Notes under the pieces: model-generated | Told to the model about the DNA's origin: nothing | Databases searched by the model: none | What the model saw: the letters and a program-made list of their open reading frames with translations, nothing else | Part shown: positions 1 through 9,573 of the stretch, one piece after another | Layout: each line of letters begins with the position of its first letter | Position numbering within the stretch: the stretch's first letter is position 1 | Program-made: the position numbers and the translations under genes | Origin: Trichosphaerium sp. ATCC 40318 | Taxonomy: Eukaryota; Protista; Tubulinea | Direction: 5' to 3' | Assembly (NCBI GenBank): GCA_038496445.1 | Contig: JALMLS010000479.1 | Location: forward strand, 1 to 64,000 | DNA length: 64,000 bases

Positions 1-445
1 CCAGAAAATACACTTTATTTAATACACAGTTTGTGAGTTACAAGTTTTGGACAATGTCCACTACAGTTACATTACTATGGGCGTCTGGAAAATTCGTCCA
101 TCTCCATGAGCTTGCTGTACCTACTGTAAAAAACATGCTGCGCACCTAATGAAAGTGGTCCCACCTGAATCCATCAATTACTAAGGCCTACGGAGGTCGG
201 TTAATGTATATCAAACGAAAATAAAATAAAACTTTGTTTGGTACCCACGAACGTCTGTATAATACCAAATATAGTTTCCTTAATGTTGGTACTGGAATCA
301 GGTCCTGCGGTTCGAATGAGCTTGGTTTGGTTAGATTCTATGATATACTAAGGTCCCTACGCACCGTTCAATGTATGACGTCCATGATCATTCAACAAGA
401 AAACCCATTACCAAAAAGCTCCTTAATGACCTTCTTGAAGCACCA

Positions 446-697
446 TAAAAGTGGTATATACCAATAAAAATAAAATATACCACATACCATAAAAAAGTGG
501 TATATACCACTTTATATACCATTTTAGAAGGTCTCATTATGTGAATGAAAAGTGGTATATACCACTTCTATATACCACTTTTTTATTCACTTAATTTTTA
601 AAAAAAGTGGTATTTCAAAATGGTATATACCAGTTCATATACCATTTTGTTGAAAAAAGTGGTATATACCATAAAAAAACTGGTATATACCACTTTA
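446..697. repeat. Array of the palindrome (AAA)GTGGTATATACCAC(TTT) and half-sites
   Basis: About 6 full or near-full copies plus half-sites at irregular spacing. The array ends are inverted relative to each other (taaaagtggtatatacca ... tggtatataccacttta). Confidence 0.9.
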
Positions 698-876
698 ATT
701 TTTAGACCTGTCTTGGCTCTCAGGCAACAGAGTGCCAACAATTACTCCAGCATAGGAGTCATAGTCAGTGCCACCAACACAAATCCATCCAGTCTTAGTG
801 GGCACTAGATAAAACAAAGAAAGGATTAAAATTGGAGTGGGGAAACCAAAAAAGTTGACAAAGAGAACCCTGTAAA

Positions 877-1203
877 GCAAGTCGCGAGCTCGCAACCTAC
901 GTGCGACAATAAAAACTCTGTCGATGTGGTCGTGAGCTCGCGACTTGCGTACAACAAAAAATAATTTGTGTTGACGAGGTCGCGAGCTCACGACTTGCGT
1001 ACAACATAAGAATTATTGCGTCGAGCCGGTTTTGAACTTGCGCAAAAAAAAAAAAAAAAAAATGCTAAAGTTACTTTAAATTGCAATGCTGTAATTTAAA
1101 CGCGACAATGAAACGTTTGTGTAACGCAAGTCGCGAGCTCGCGACCTCGACACGACAGAAAAAAATTATGTGTCGAACGGATCGCAAGATCGCGACTTGC
1201 GCA
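877..1203. repeat. Array of GC-rich palindromes GTCGCGAGCTCGCGAC forming paired hairpin units
   Basis: Perfect 16-bp palindrome at 1130-1145, with variants near 881, 929, 979 and 1180. Copies are flanked by GCAA/TTGC and arranged head-to-head as ~75-bp inverted units and as ~50-bp tandem units. Confidence 0.9.
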
Positions 1204-1325
1204 AGGTTTAAAAAACTTTGTAAAACAATTTAGGAGCAGACCCAAGTTTGAGAAATACAAAGGAAAATTTTCATTGAAGAGAATTTCAAAATTAAGGGTC
1301 TTTGAAAAATACTCTCAAAAGCAAA

Positions 1326-1379
1326 AAAACCCCTTCTATTAGTCTTAATTAATTAAAAAAGACTAATAGAAGGGGTTTT
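1326..1379. repeat. Perfect 21-bp inverted repeat with 12-nt AT loop
   Basis: aaaaccccttctattagtctt (1326-1346) / aagactaatagaaggggtttt (1359-1379). Confidence 0.95.
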
Positions 1380-1919
1380 AGAAAAAAGAAAGGAGTTGTA
1401 CCTTGTGTGCCTCTAGACCTTAGAAGATTCTCCTCTGGCTCCTTTGAGGCCTTTTTCTTCTTGCCTTTCTTCTGTTTTGATGTTTTAGGGCTGCTTATCT
1501 TGATTTATAAAAGTCAAACTTATACAATTCCGCCGATTTTTAGGTCGACGGGAGTTTGCAAGGAGTATGCTTGTGTTACCATATGCTATTTGAATAGATG
1601 CATTTCCAAAGAATATTGTTTGTGTAACTACCGAGATGTGAAAAGGGTAAAAAAAGAGGAGAAAGTAGGAAAAAAACAAGAAAGCCATCTTCACAAAGGA
1701 CATAAAAAAAACACTTGCAAAATACATTTACAAAAAATGGTTGCCTGTGAAACAGCAAAGTGATTTTTTTCTGATTTTGTAAAGTATCAGGGTTTTGACC
1801 TAGAACAATAAATGACAAGTCAACATTAGTGTTAATAATACCTGCACTGGTGCAAAAAAATTTCGAAAATAGATAACACAAGTCAGAACATGTGAAATGA
1901 AAAAAAAAAATTACATACT

Positions 1920-1940
1920 CCTAAACCCTAAACCCTAAAC
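1920..1940. repeat. Short telomere-like repeat (CCCTAAA)x~3
   Basis: cctaaaccctaaaccctaaac. Confidence 0.6.
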
Positions 1941-2843
1941 ATATAAATTAAATAATAACTATGCATGATGAATAGGTATGACAAAATAGATGAATGCATT
2001 GGATTCCTTGAGCAAAATGGCATACATATATATGCATAAGTGAATTATAGGTGTTCATGTAACTGCGGCCTCCAAGCAAAGATGTGTTCAATTTTTAAAA
2101 AAATCCCATTGGAAAAATCAAAAAAAATCCAAAAATCAAAGAACAGCTCACCAAATCGACGTATACTGCTATAAAATCCTACAAACCACCAGCAATCGGG
2201 TAATTTATGCCAATGTATAAGGTACAAAAAACGAAATTGGCTTAAGCGATATGATAAGGTATGTGGTAATGCATGGTTCAAATTAAATCCCTAAGATTAT
2301 TTTATATCTCATAAGCATGAATAGATATGCAAATAAATAATATCTCATTATGTTGCCATGTATGTATAAATATGAATTTAGTTTACAGTTTAGTTACACA
2401 TGATATACTAAAAACGTTGTGTATATGAGAAGTGTGCATACATATTTTTATTGTAAAAAAAAAGCCAATTACAAACTCAAAATTGCTTAAATCTATATAA
2501 CTCATCACTATGAATACCTACAAATCAATTATTGCTTGCATCATGTTTATATGGCTTAATAACATATATGTACATAAAGTGCTTAAAAATACATTTGTAA
2601 ATGCAGTCTTCAAACACAACTGCATGGCAAAAAAATCTCAAAATTTACAAAAAAAAAAATCTTGCTCACAGGCCATGTAGTGCATGAATATCATTTTTGA
2701 TGTTGCACATTATAATAATACATGCTTGTGCCTAGTGGCACAGTCATGAAAGTAGCAAAATCTAATAAAATCAAAAAAGTAGAGGTTTAGGTAACTTTAA
2801 CTCTAATAAAATCAAAAAAATAGGCTTTTAGCCCTAGTATCAA

Positions 2844-2996
2844 TTAGGGTTAGGGCACGAACCCTAATATGTAAGGGTTAGGTTTACAACCCTATGTTGT
2901 TTTAAAGATAGCAAATATGTAATGCTATTAGAATTTACAAGATAACTTTTAGTTTAGTGTTATTGTGATTTATTGTTAGGGCTAGGGTTAGGGCTA
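2844..2996. repeat. Degenerate TTAGGG-like repeats
   Basis: ttagggttaggg (2844), aaccctaa (~2860), taagggttaggttt (~2872), ttagggctagggttagggct (~2976). Confidence 0.55.
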
Positions 2997-3420
2997 TGTA
3001 AGCATTACTTATCATACATTAGGGCATAGAACTTTAGCCTCAGTTATAGTTAAGGTTATCTTGTTTACCAGGGTTAATGCTCCTTTATCAATCTTTTGTT
3101 ACACTGACTATTATCTTTGTTGGTACCACATCTATCTTATTTGTAGTTTAAATGGTGTACTACTTAACAGCAAATTCCAAGTCATTATTAACTTTATTTT
3201 TATGTTTACATTATATTTTGATTATGTTTTTATACAACACACTGTGTAAAATAGATTTGTTAGGATAGTAAACAAGTTTGTGCCCACATTACTTCCAGAA
3301 ATTTTTCTGTCTACATAAAGGTTTAGCATAACAACAAAGGAGAGTATTAAGTCAAAATGCCAAATGTCACTAAAAATTGTCCAGCAAACAATACGTTTTG
3401 TTATTGAGTGCATCACTATG

Positions 3421-3504
3421 CTAATAAAAGTGGTACAACAAGCGACACGCAAAGTAGGGCAACTAATAAAAGTGGTACAACAAGCGACACGCAAAGTAGG
3501 GCAA
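3421..3504. repeat. Perfect 42-bp tandem duplication
   Basis: ctaataaaagtggtacaacaagcgacacgcaaagtagggcaa x2. It contains AAAAGTGGTA, shared with the 446-697 palindrome family. Confidence 0.95.
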
Positions 3505-3669
3505 ATTTTTCTTGTGAAAACCTACAAAAAAACAAAAGGTTCTATAACGCATACCTTGGACCACCGCTCCTTCGAAACAGTTGTTCGTACGACAACGGAC
3601 CAAATTTATCAGGAATAAGCTGGTAGGTTGGCAAATGTCTGATAATTCAATTAGTACGCGCTAACATTG

Positions 3670-3981
3670 CTATAGCGACCAAAATACGCACTCGTTACGA
3701 TCATTCTCAATAGCTTGAGCCAAATTACCGATGTAACGCTGCCAAGTGACCTTGTGACGCAGGGTCTTCCAATGGAAGGCCAATCTGTTGGGTTTGTCGT
3801 ACCGCGGCTTCACAAAAGCCTCGTGTTCCTTAAAAACCTGCGCGCACTCTTTCGTTATTAGACTGAGTCCGTTAGCCCACTTAGAACCGCCAGGATAAAT
3901 ATTCTGGGCGCCTTGAAACCTTTGCTCCCTTTTGACCAAGTCGGCCCGACTCTTGTACATACCAGCCCTATGTGCGCACAT
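3670..3981 (-). CDS. Small basic hypothetical protein (~103 aa, MCAHRAGMYKSRADLV...)
   Basis: GC-richer, stop-free frame with an ATG after an A-rich leader. No recognised motif. Confidence 0.4.
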   Translation of the reverse strand: MCAHRAGMYKSRADLVKREQRFQGAQNIYPGGSKWANGLSLITKECAQVFKEHEAFVKPRYDKPNRLAFHWKTLRHKVTWQRYIGNLAQAIENDRNECVFWSL

Positions 3982-4382
3982 GGTGTTAGCGCTGGTGGGT
4001 TTACTTTGTGCGTGAAATAAGTTGTTGAATTGTTGGGACTCGGTAAAGTAAAAATAATGAAAAAAAAAAAAGAGTCGTTGGAGACTCAACTTTTTCTTGG
4101 TCCAAACGTCAAAAGGCGACATCATACTGTGATTTGGCAAAATCATTTGTAACGAAATAAACTGTCGAGAAGAACATGAGGTTAAAATGAATCAAGAGCA
4201 AGTAATAACGTAATTAGCGCGTTTATGGTTATTGGGGTTTTTTTTTTTTACAAGGCCGATGCTTCAATAGTATACTTTTCGAGGCGCTTGTTGCGCTGTT
4301 AAAAAGTAATAAAACAAAACATGGAATCCAAAGGCGCAAAAACACCAGTACATACGCCTTTTAAAGGTGCAGTACAATCGTT

Positions 4383-5009
4383 CTATTGTCCAATCTTCGC
4401 AAATTCCCATGGAGTACTGCACAAAGGACAAATTGTTCTGTAAAAACAGGTCAGAGGAATGAATTTAAAAGAAAAACCAAAGCAACAATTTTTAAACGAA
4501 AAAAATATGTACCTCGTTTTCAACCAACGAGAAATGCAACAAAAGTGAAACGCATGGGAGCACACACCCCAAGCAACATTGCACGCTAACACCGGTCAGC
4601 AAAAATGATTAAACAAAGAGATTAAAAAAAAAAACTTTCAGCGACAGATAACGCTGTAGCTAAAATATTGGCACGTCAAAGAACCAAAGTAAATTTTCCA
4701 CGCACATTCGCCACAAGCGGTGGATTTGCCAAGGTTAGCTTGTGCCTCGATACAGAGGTCCATTAAGTGATTACGGCAAATAGCGCAGTTATCAACGCAA
4801 ATATCTAGAGCGTAGCTGGATAAGCAAAAACGAAAATGAAAAAAACAACCAAACAAACAAAAAGCTTCAAAAAAACCACTGTTGGGCGTAAACACAATTC
4901 AAAAAATTAACTACCACGTACCCCAAACCCACATAGCGACAGCATTCCACTTTTTAATCTGGAATCTTTTTTTGCCGGCGTCCTTCTTCTCTGTTTTTGT
5001 ATCAGACAT
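4383..5009 (-). CDS. RBX1: RING-box protein RBX1/ROC1/Hrt1 family (divergent zinc ligands), 4 exons
   Basis: Spliced: [29 protein letters not shown]|[33 protein letters not shown]|[25 protein letters not shown]|[17 protein letters not shown], with canonical GT-AG introns. Confidence 0.93.
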
Positions 5010-5516
5010 TATAATTTAACTGCTGGATGGTTGGGGAGAAATCCTTAGCAATTGTTAGTGCTAACGGCCTTTAACAGAAACCAGAACAGTGAAATATAAG
5101 CAAAACAAACAGCGTAAGCACTAACGTAGGCGCAGAACCAACGAGAGCGCGTAAAGGAAGCTGCGCTAACGCTTTTTGAAGATGTGGTTTTTTAGAATCA
5201 AAAAATAGCTTCCGCGACTGTTTTTATTGTAAAAGGCGCGAAATTATTCAAAGGTCTTGCTTTGACGTACCGAAAGTTTATGAACAGTTATTTTTGAGAG
5301 TCTTTGTTGAGTTTGCTTGACTGAATTTTTCTCTTTTTTTTTTTTGTCTGCGACTTTTTTGCGACAACATAACGGTTTTGTTCACGTAACGTAATCAACC
5401 TCATTGAGTAGTCGAATGGGGTGCTTCAAAAAAATAACAAACAAAAGTAAGTCTTTTAGAATAGAACAAGACGATTATTTGGTGAAAACGTTTGCATTTA
5501 TTAGGGTGCTTTTTGA

Positions 5517-6304
5517 TTAAGTGCAAGTGACTTCTTCAGAGCGGTGGTGGTCTCTGTGTGTCTCTGTGTGACAAGTACCAAGACCTTCGTGTACTACTTG
5601 CATGACTGGGGTACCGCAAGTGGTGTCATCACGTGCGTAGCGAGCGTGGACAGCCTAGAAAAAATCGCAGTTAGAACCAGTTCGGAAACAACGTATTAAC
5701 AAGCATACCGTGGCACCGCTGCATCCGACCTTGCTGTAGTCTCCGAATTTTTCCTTGGTGCAGGTGTTCGTTTTGAGGTGTTCAGCGTGTGTTGGTGTAC
5801 CAGTACATGTTGTGGCGTTTTCAAACTCTTCAAAGTTGATTTCAGAGCCAGTTGAAGGGAGTGGGGTAAATTCTACATACCACAGTCTTAGCAAAAGAAG
5901 TACCCAAAAAAAAAAAGGTGCAAAGTGGTGACGTTAGAGCGTACCAGCGGCGCATTTAAACATGACCCATTCGTCGCGATCGCGGTGGCAATGGCCGATA
6001 GGGAAGGTTTCCTTGTGTGCTGTACCGGTGCAAGACAAGTTGGCGTAGACGGTTCTGTAGATGTTGGTCTAAAACACGTGTCAGCTGTAGGGCCTAGTTT
6101 TTTGTGTAGAAAAGCAGACGCAAAACAAAAAAAAAAAAACCGTACGGCATCGCAGCTCCATTCCATGTGGCCATCGCATTGAGTACCAATCTCTTCGTGA
6201 TGGTGGAACGCTGTTTTGCAGTCAGCGTCGTCAAAGTTCTGACGAACGATAACAGATGAAAGAACAAGGGCGAGACAAAGGGTTGAGAGTAGGAAGAGCT
6301 TCAT
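5517..6304 (-). CDS. Secreted cysteine-rich protein with two internal repeats, multi-exon
   Basis: Signal peptide MKLFLLSTLCLALVLSS; related halves (VIVRQNFDDADCK..HHHEEIGTQC / INFEEFENATTCTG..HAEHLKTNTC); ends EEVTCT*. Confidence 0.75.
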
Positions 6305-6858
6305 TGTTGTTGGGATAGCTTGTAAAATGTCTCTAAAGAAATTTCCAAAACCAAAAAGTGTGTACTACCACGCTGTTTTGCTGAAATGTGCTTGCCGCTG
6401 TTGTTCCCGAAGCGCACAGGCAGAAGTGCCCTGCAAGACAACGAAAACTTACAGACCTTTTACCGGTCAAAAATTCGCAGTTTTTTCGTGTGACGTGGAA
6501 GAACGAAAAGTACCCTGACAAGTAATATGTCAAAGGAAAAAAATAAATACGCTATAGCCAGCACATAGCATTTAAATCTATAACGAAAAAGTGTCAGTCG
6601 GAAAATTCCTACTCTTCACGAGCGCCGACAGTTGCGGCCCTAGCGCACAGGTCTTAATGTTCGTTAAAATAGTACACAATACTTTTCATGCCAGTAACCA
6701 CTTGTCTTAAGGATTGCCCCAAACAACGCATGCTACAATCCGTTTAACAAAAAGAAAGCGACAATTCAGTTTATTGTTGTTTTGGCTTGTGCCATAGTTT
6801 ACACTGATCTTTTGTTTCTGTAAATTAATAGTTATTTTCCATGTTTTTTTTTGGTTAT

Positions 6859-8108
6859 TCACGCCATCAAATCATCCAGTACGAAGTCATCTGGCAACTC
6901 AATCTTTTCGCCTTCTTTAAAAGCTGGTAATCCCTTGTAAGGACATCCACTACAGCGGTATGCATCACCCTAGATAATAATTAGCGATATTTTAAGCATG
7001 CGGAAAAAAGGAATATTACAAGGAAAAAAAAAAACCGTACCAAAGAACAATTACCGCAAGATGAATCAACACCAGGGTTTTCAAGCATATCAAGAGTGAG
7101 ACGTTGCTTTGGTGCTGCTTCACCAGCAGCTTCAGCTTCAGCACGCCCACATGAACAGTTTTTGCAAGCTTTTTTTGTAAGGTTAGTCTCACAATCGTCC
7201 TGAGATGCTAAAAAAAAATTGTCAGTGAAGAGTAGGCCACAAAAGAAAAACCCGATATGTGTTTTCTTAATGGTGTATAGCGCACGTTTTGTAGGTTTTT
7301 TTAAATCATCAGCGTTAACAAGATCATCCTCGCCAACTACGTCGTCGGTGTCATCTATTGTCCATGCACCTTTGGCGGCACTTTTCTTTTTTAGCTTGAG
7401 GCCATCCGAAGCGCCAACAGACCAGTCTGGTTTGGTAGAGTGTACTTGGACGTATGATGATACACTTGAAACATTTGTATCCATCAGACCTGCCAACAAC
7501 AAGTTGCCATTTAGTGCCTCTACAAACAACGGGTTAACTGAGAATCATGAGCGAATGGCAAAGAAAATAAAAGAGTAGAATCAGATTAACGCTGTCGTGA
7601 AGAAGTGTTCAGGCGGTTTCAGGGCTTAAGCCACAGCCCAGAAAGGCAACCACAAAAGAGCGTGAAAATTAATCAATAACCTAAATTCTTTTTCTTTCGT
7701 CGTGTAAGGTCGTAGCCGCAAAGTACCTTGTGTTTCAAAAGTTCTCTTATCACTTGGCTCCAAAACAATTAGTGATCCACCAGGAACTAGTGCGTTGAAA
7801 CCAGCTGTGAGGAGTGCTGGTACGTGAAACGCAGGAGCGCCACGCAAAATTACAGCATTCAAGTTCTGTAATTCTTTGAGGCCGTCTACAGAATTGTAAG
7901 TAAGCGCTCGTAGGTTTGAACGCGTCTAAGAATCGATATATACGAATTCGCGTTTGTAATGCGACTATATTGTACAATACGTACCTGTGTACTTTAAGAC
8001 GCGTACTGAACCTGTATCTGTTACTTTTTCTTTCAGAGTGACGGTAAACGCCGCATCCTCTTTCTCTGATACGTACGCCACCTTAAATCCAGCTTTGAGT
8101 GTATCCAT
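6859..8108 (-). CDS. DRE2: Anamorsin / Dre2 (CIAPIN1) Fe-S cluster assembly protein, multi-exon
   Basis: N-terminal methyltransferase-like part ([23 protein letters not shown]) and both Fe-S motifs: [14 protein letters not shown] and [30 protein letters not shown]. Confidence 0.95.
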
Positions 8109-8250
8109 TGTTACGACGGAGTAAGTTGTGGAAATAACTAATTCGTTGATTTGGGGTAAACTTAACCCAAAAAAAAAAAGAAAACTGTAAAGTGTCGTAT
8201 ATTGTACAATTGTGATGGCGTGCAACGTTATTTGTTACAGTGAGCTAGTT

Positions 8251-8940
8251 CTATGCATTTGGAAGACATGCAGATGTACCCAGGCTGCGAACGCCTTGTA
8301 ATCTATCCACGCCTCTACGCGTTACTCCAGTCTTTGTTAAATCCAATGTGTGGGCGCCTGCAATAGCTTCAAGGGTAACATCTGTAACTTGCGTAGAACG
8401 AAGAAGTAGAGTGTGAGCACCACCCAACTTGGTAACAGATGCATCTGTAATCTGTTTGCAATAGGTAAGATCAATGAATTTTACCCCGACAAGCGCCGAC
8501 ACTGCCTCATCGGTAATTTGCCCGCAATATCCCAAATTGACTACAACTGCGCCAGAGAGCTTCTTTACGACATCATCTGATACTGCTCGCAGTCCTCTTA
8601 GGTTTACGTTTCGTGCACGCTGTATGGCCAAAAGCGCATTGGTACTAAGTAGTGTACAGCCTCGGAGGTCCAAATTGCGTGCAGACGCAAGCAGGTTTAT
8701 AAAGGTTGCATCGCGAATTGACTTGTATACGTGTATCACCGTATTGTTCATCACCCCTCTGTATTTAAAGGCTGTTTCAGCGTCTTTAGCGTCGCGCAAG
8801 AAGACTTCTTTAAACCCAACGCAGTCACGTACAACACTAACAAAGAATTTGCAGCATTGAATGGCTTCCATCAGGGATTTCTGATCGAGAAAAGTGAAAA
8901 TTTCGCCTACCATCTCTATTGGTATTGCCAGAAGGTCCAT
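8251..8940 (-). CDS. F-box / leucine-rich-repeat (AMN1/FBXL-type) protein, intronless
   Basis: F-box LLAIPIEMVGEIFTFLDQKSL..CCKFF; cysteine-containing LRRs (NLGYCGQITDEAVSAL, IDLTYCKQITDASVTKL). Confidence 0.9.
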   Translation of the reverse strand: MDLLAIPIEMVGEIFTFLDQKSLMEAIQCCKFFVSVVRDCVGFKEVFLRDAKDAETAFKYRGVMNNTVIHVYKSIRDATFINLLASARNLDLRGCTLLSTNALLAIQRARNVNLRGLRAVSDDVVKKLSGAVVVNLGYCGQITDEAVSALVGVKFIDLTYCKQITDASVTKLGGAHTLLLRSTQVTDVTLEAIAGAHTLDLTKTGVTRRGVDRLQGVRSLGTSACLPNA

Positions 8941-9573
8941 GATCTTTCTTTCCTCAATCGTTGATCACCTTTACCTTTTCTATAGACTATTGCTACTGTG
9001 ATGGTTTAATGGAGTTTTTGGATTTTACTGCAATGCTACTTTTTTAATGAGGCACAAACTAATTTTTCCCACGTGCTGCCCATCGAAACGGCGTGAGGTA
9101 GTAACATAAATCAATCGATAGTGCCGCTGTAAATGGAATGAATTTTAAGTATAAAACCCAATTTAAAAGCAATTGTAATTTTATACGCCAGCACTACGCA
9201 TGCGTATACGAAGAGTGGTTGTGTTGGCTTATTTGGGAAAAATCGTGCCATACTTTTGTTAAACTGCTGTATTTCTCCATCTTCTACCCTAATAATAACG
9301 CTTGCCTCCCTTCCAACGAAATCAAGTATATGGGAGGAAGTATCAGAAAAAAACTTCTAATTTGGACCAACAAGAAAAATGTAAATGACGCTAGGTAGAC
9401 GCGCATATTAATCGCTTTTACTGTTTGTACATATTAAAAAAAGATCTTCAAAACGTGTGTACAAAACGTAGTCAACGCATTGATTTGCAGCAGTAAACCC
9501 AATAGAGTGGTTGTTGTTGTAAATAATATTTATTCTTTTTTTTTGTTACCTCGACATTCGAAGCTTCAATTTT

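Larger units (their letters stand above)
45..1580 (-). pseudogene. Probable decayed intron-containing gene or transposon ORF (exon-like blocks ~1402-1490, ~708-806, ~253-443, ~45-190)
   Basis: GC-richer blocks between repeat arrays translate as protein-like text on the minus strand (PKTSKQKKGKKKKASKEPEENLLRSRGTQ; VPTKTGWICVGGTDYDSYAGVIVGTLLPESQDR; CFKKVIKELFGNGFSC*MIMDVIH*TVRRDLSIS*NLTKPSSFEPQDL; IDGFRWDHFH*VRSMFF). Several have GT/AG boundaries and in-frame stops. No family recognised. Confidence 0.35.

Noticed and set aside
446-1203. CRISPR-like array
   Set aside because: Irregular spacing, mixed orientation, no unique constant-length spacers, no cas genes, eukaryotic context.
1-3000. Actual chromosome end
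   Set aside because: Telomere-like runs are only 2-3 units, degenerate and internal.
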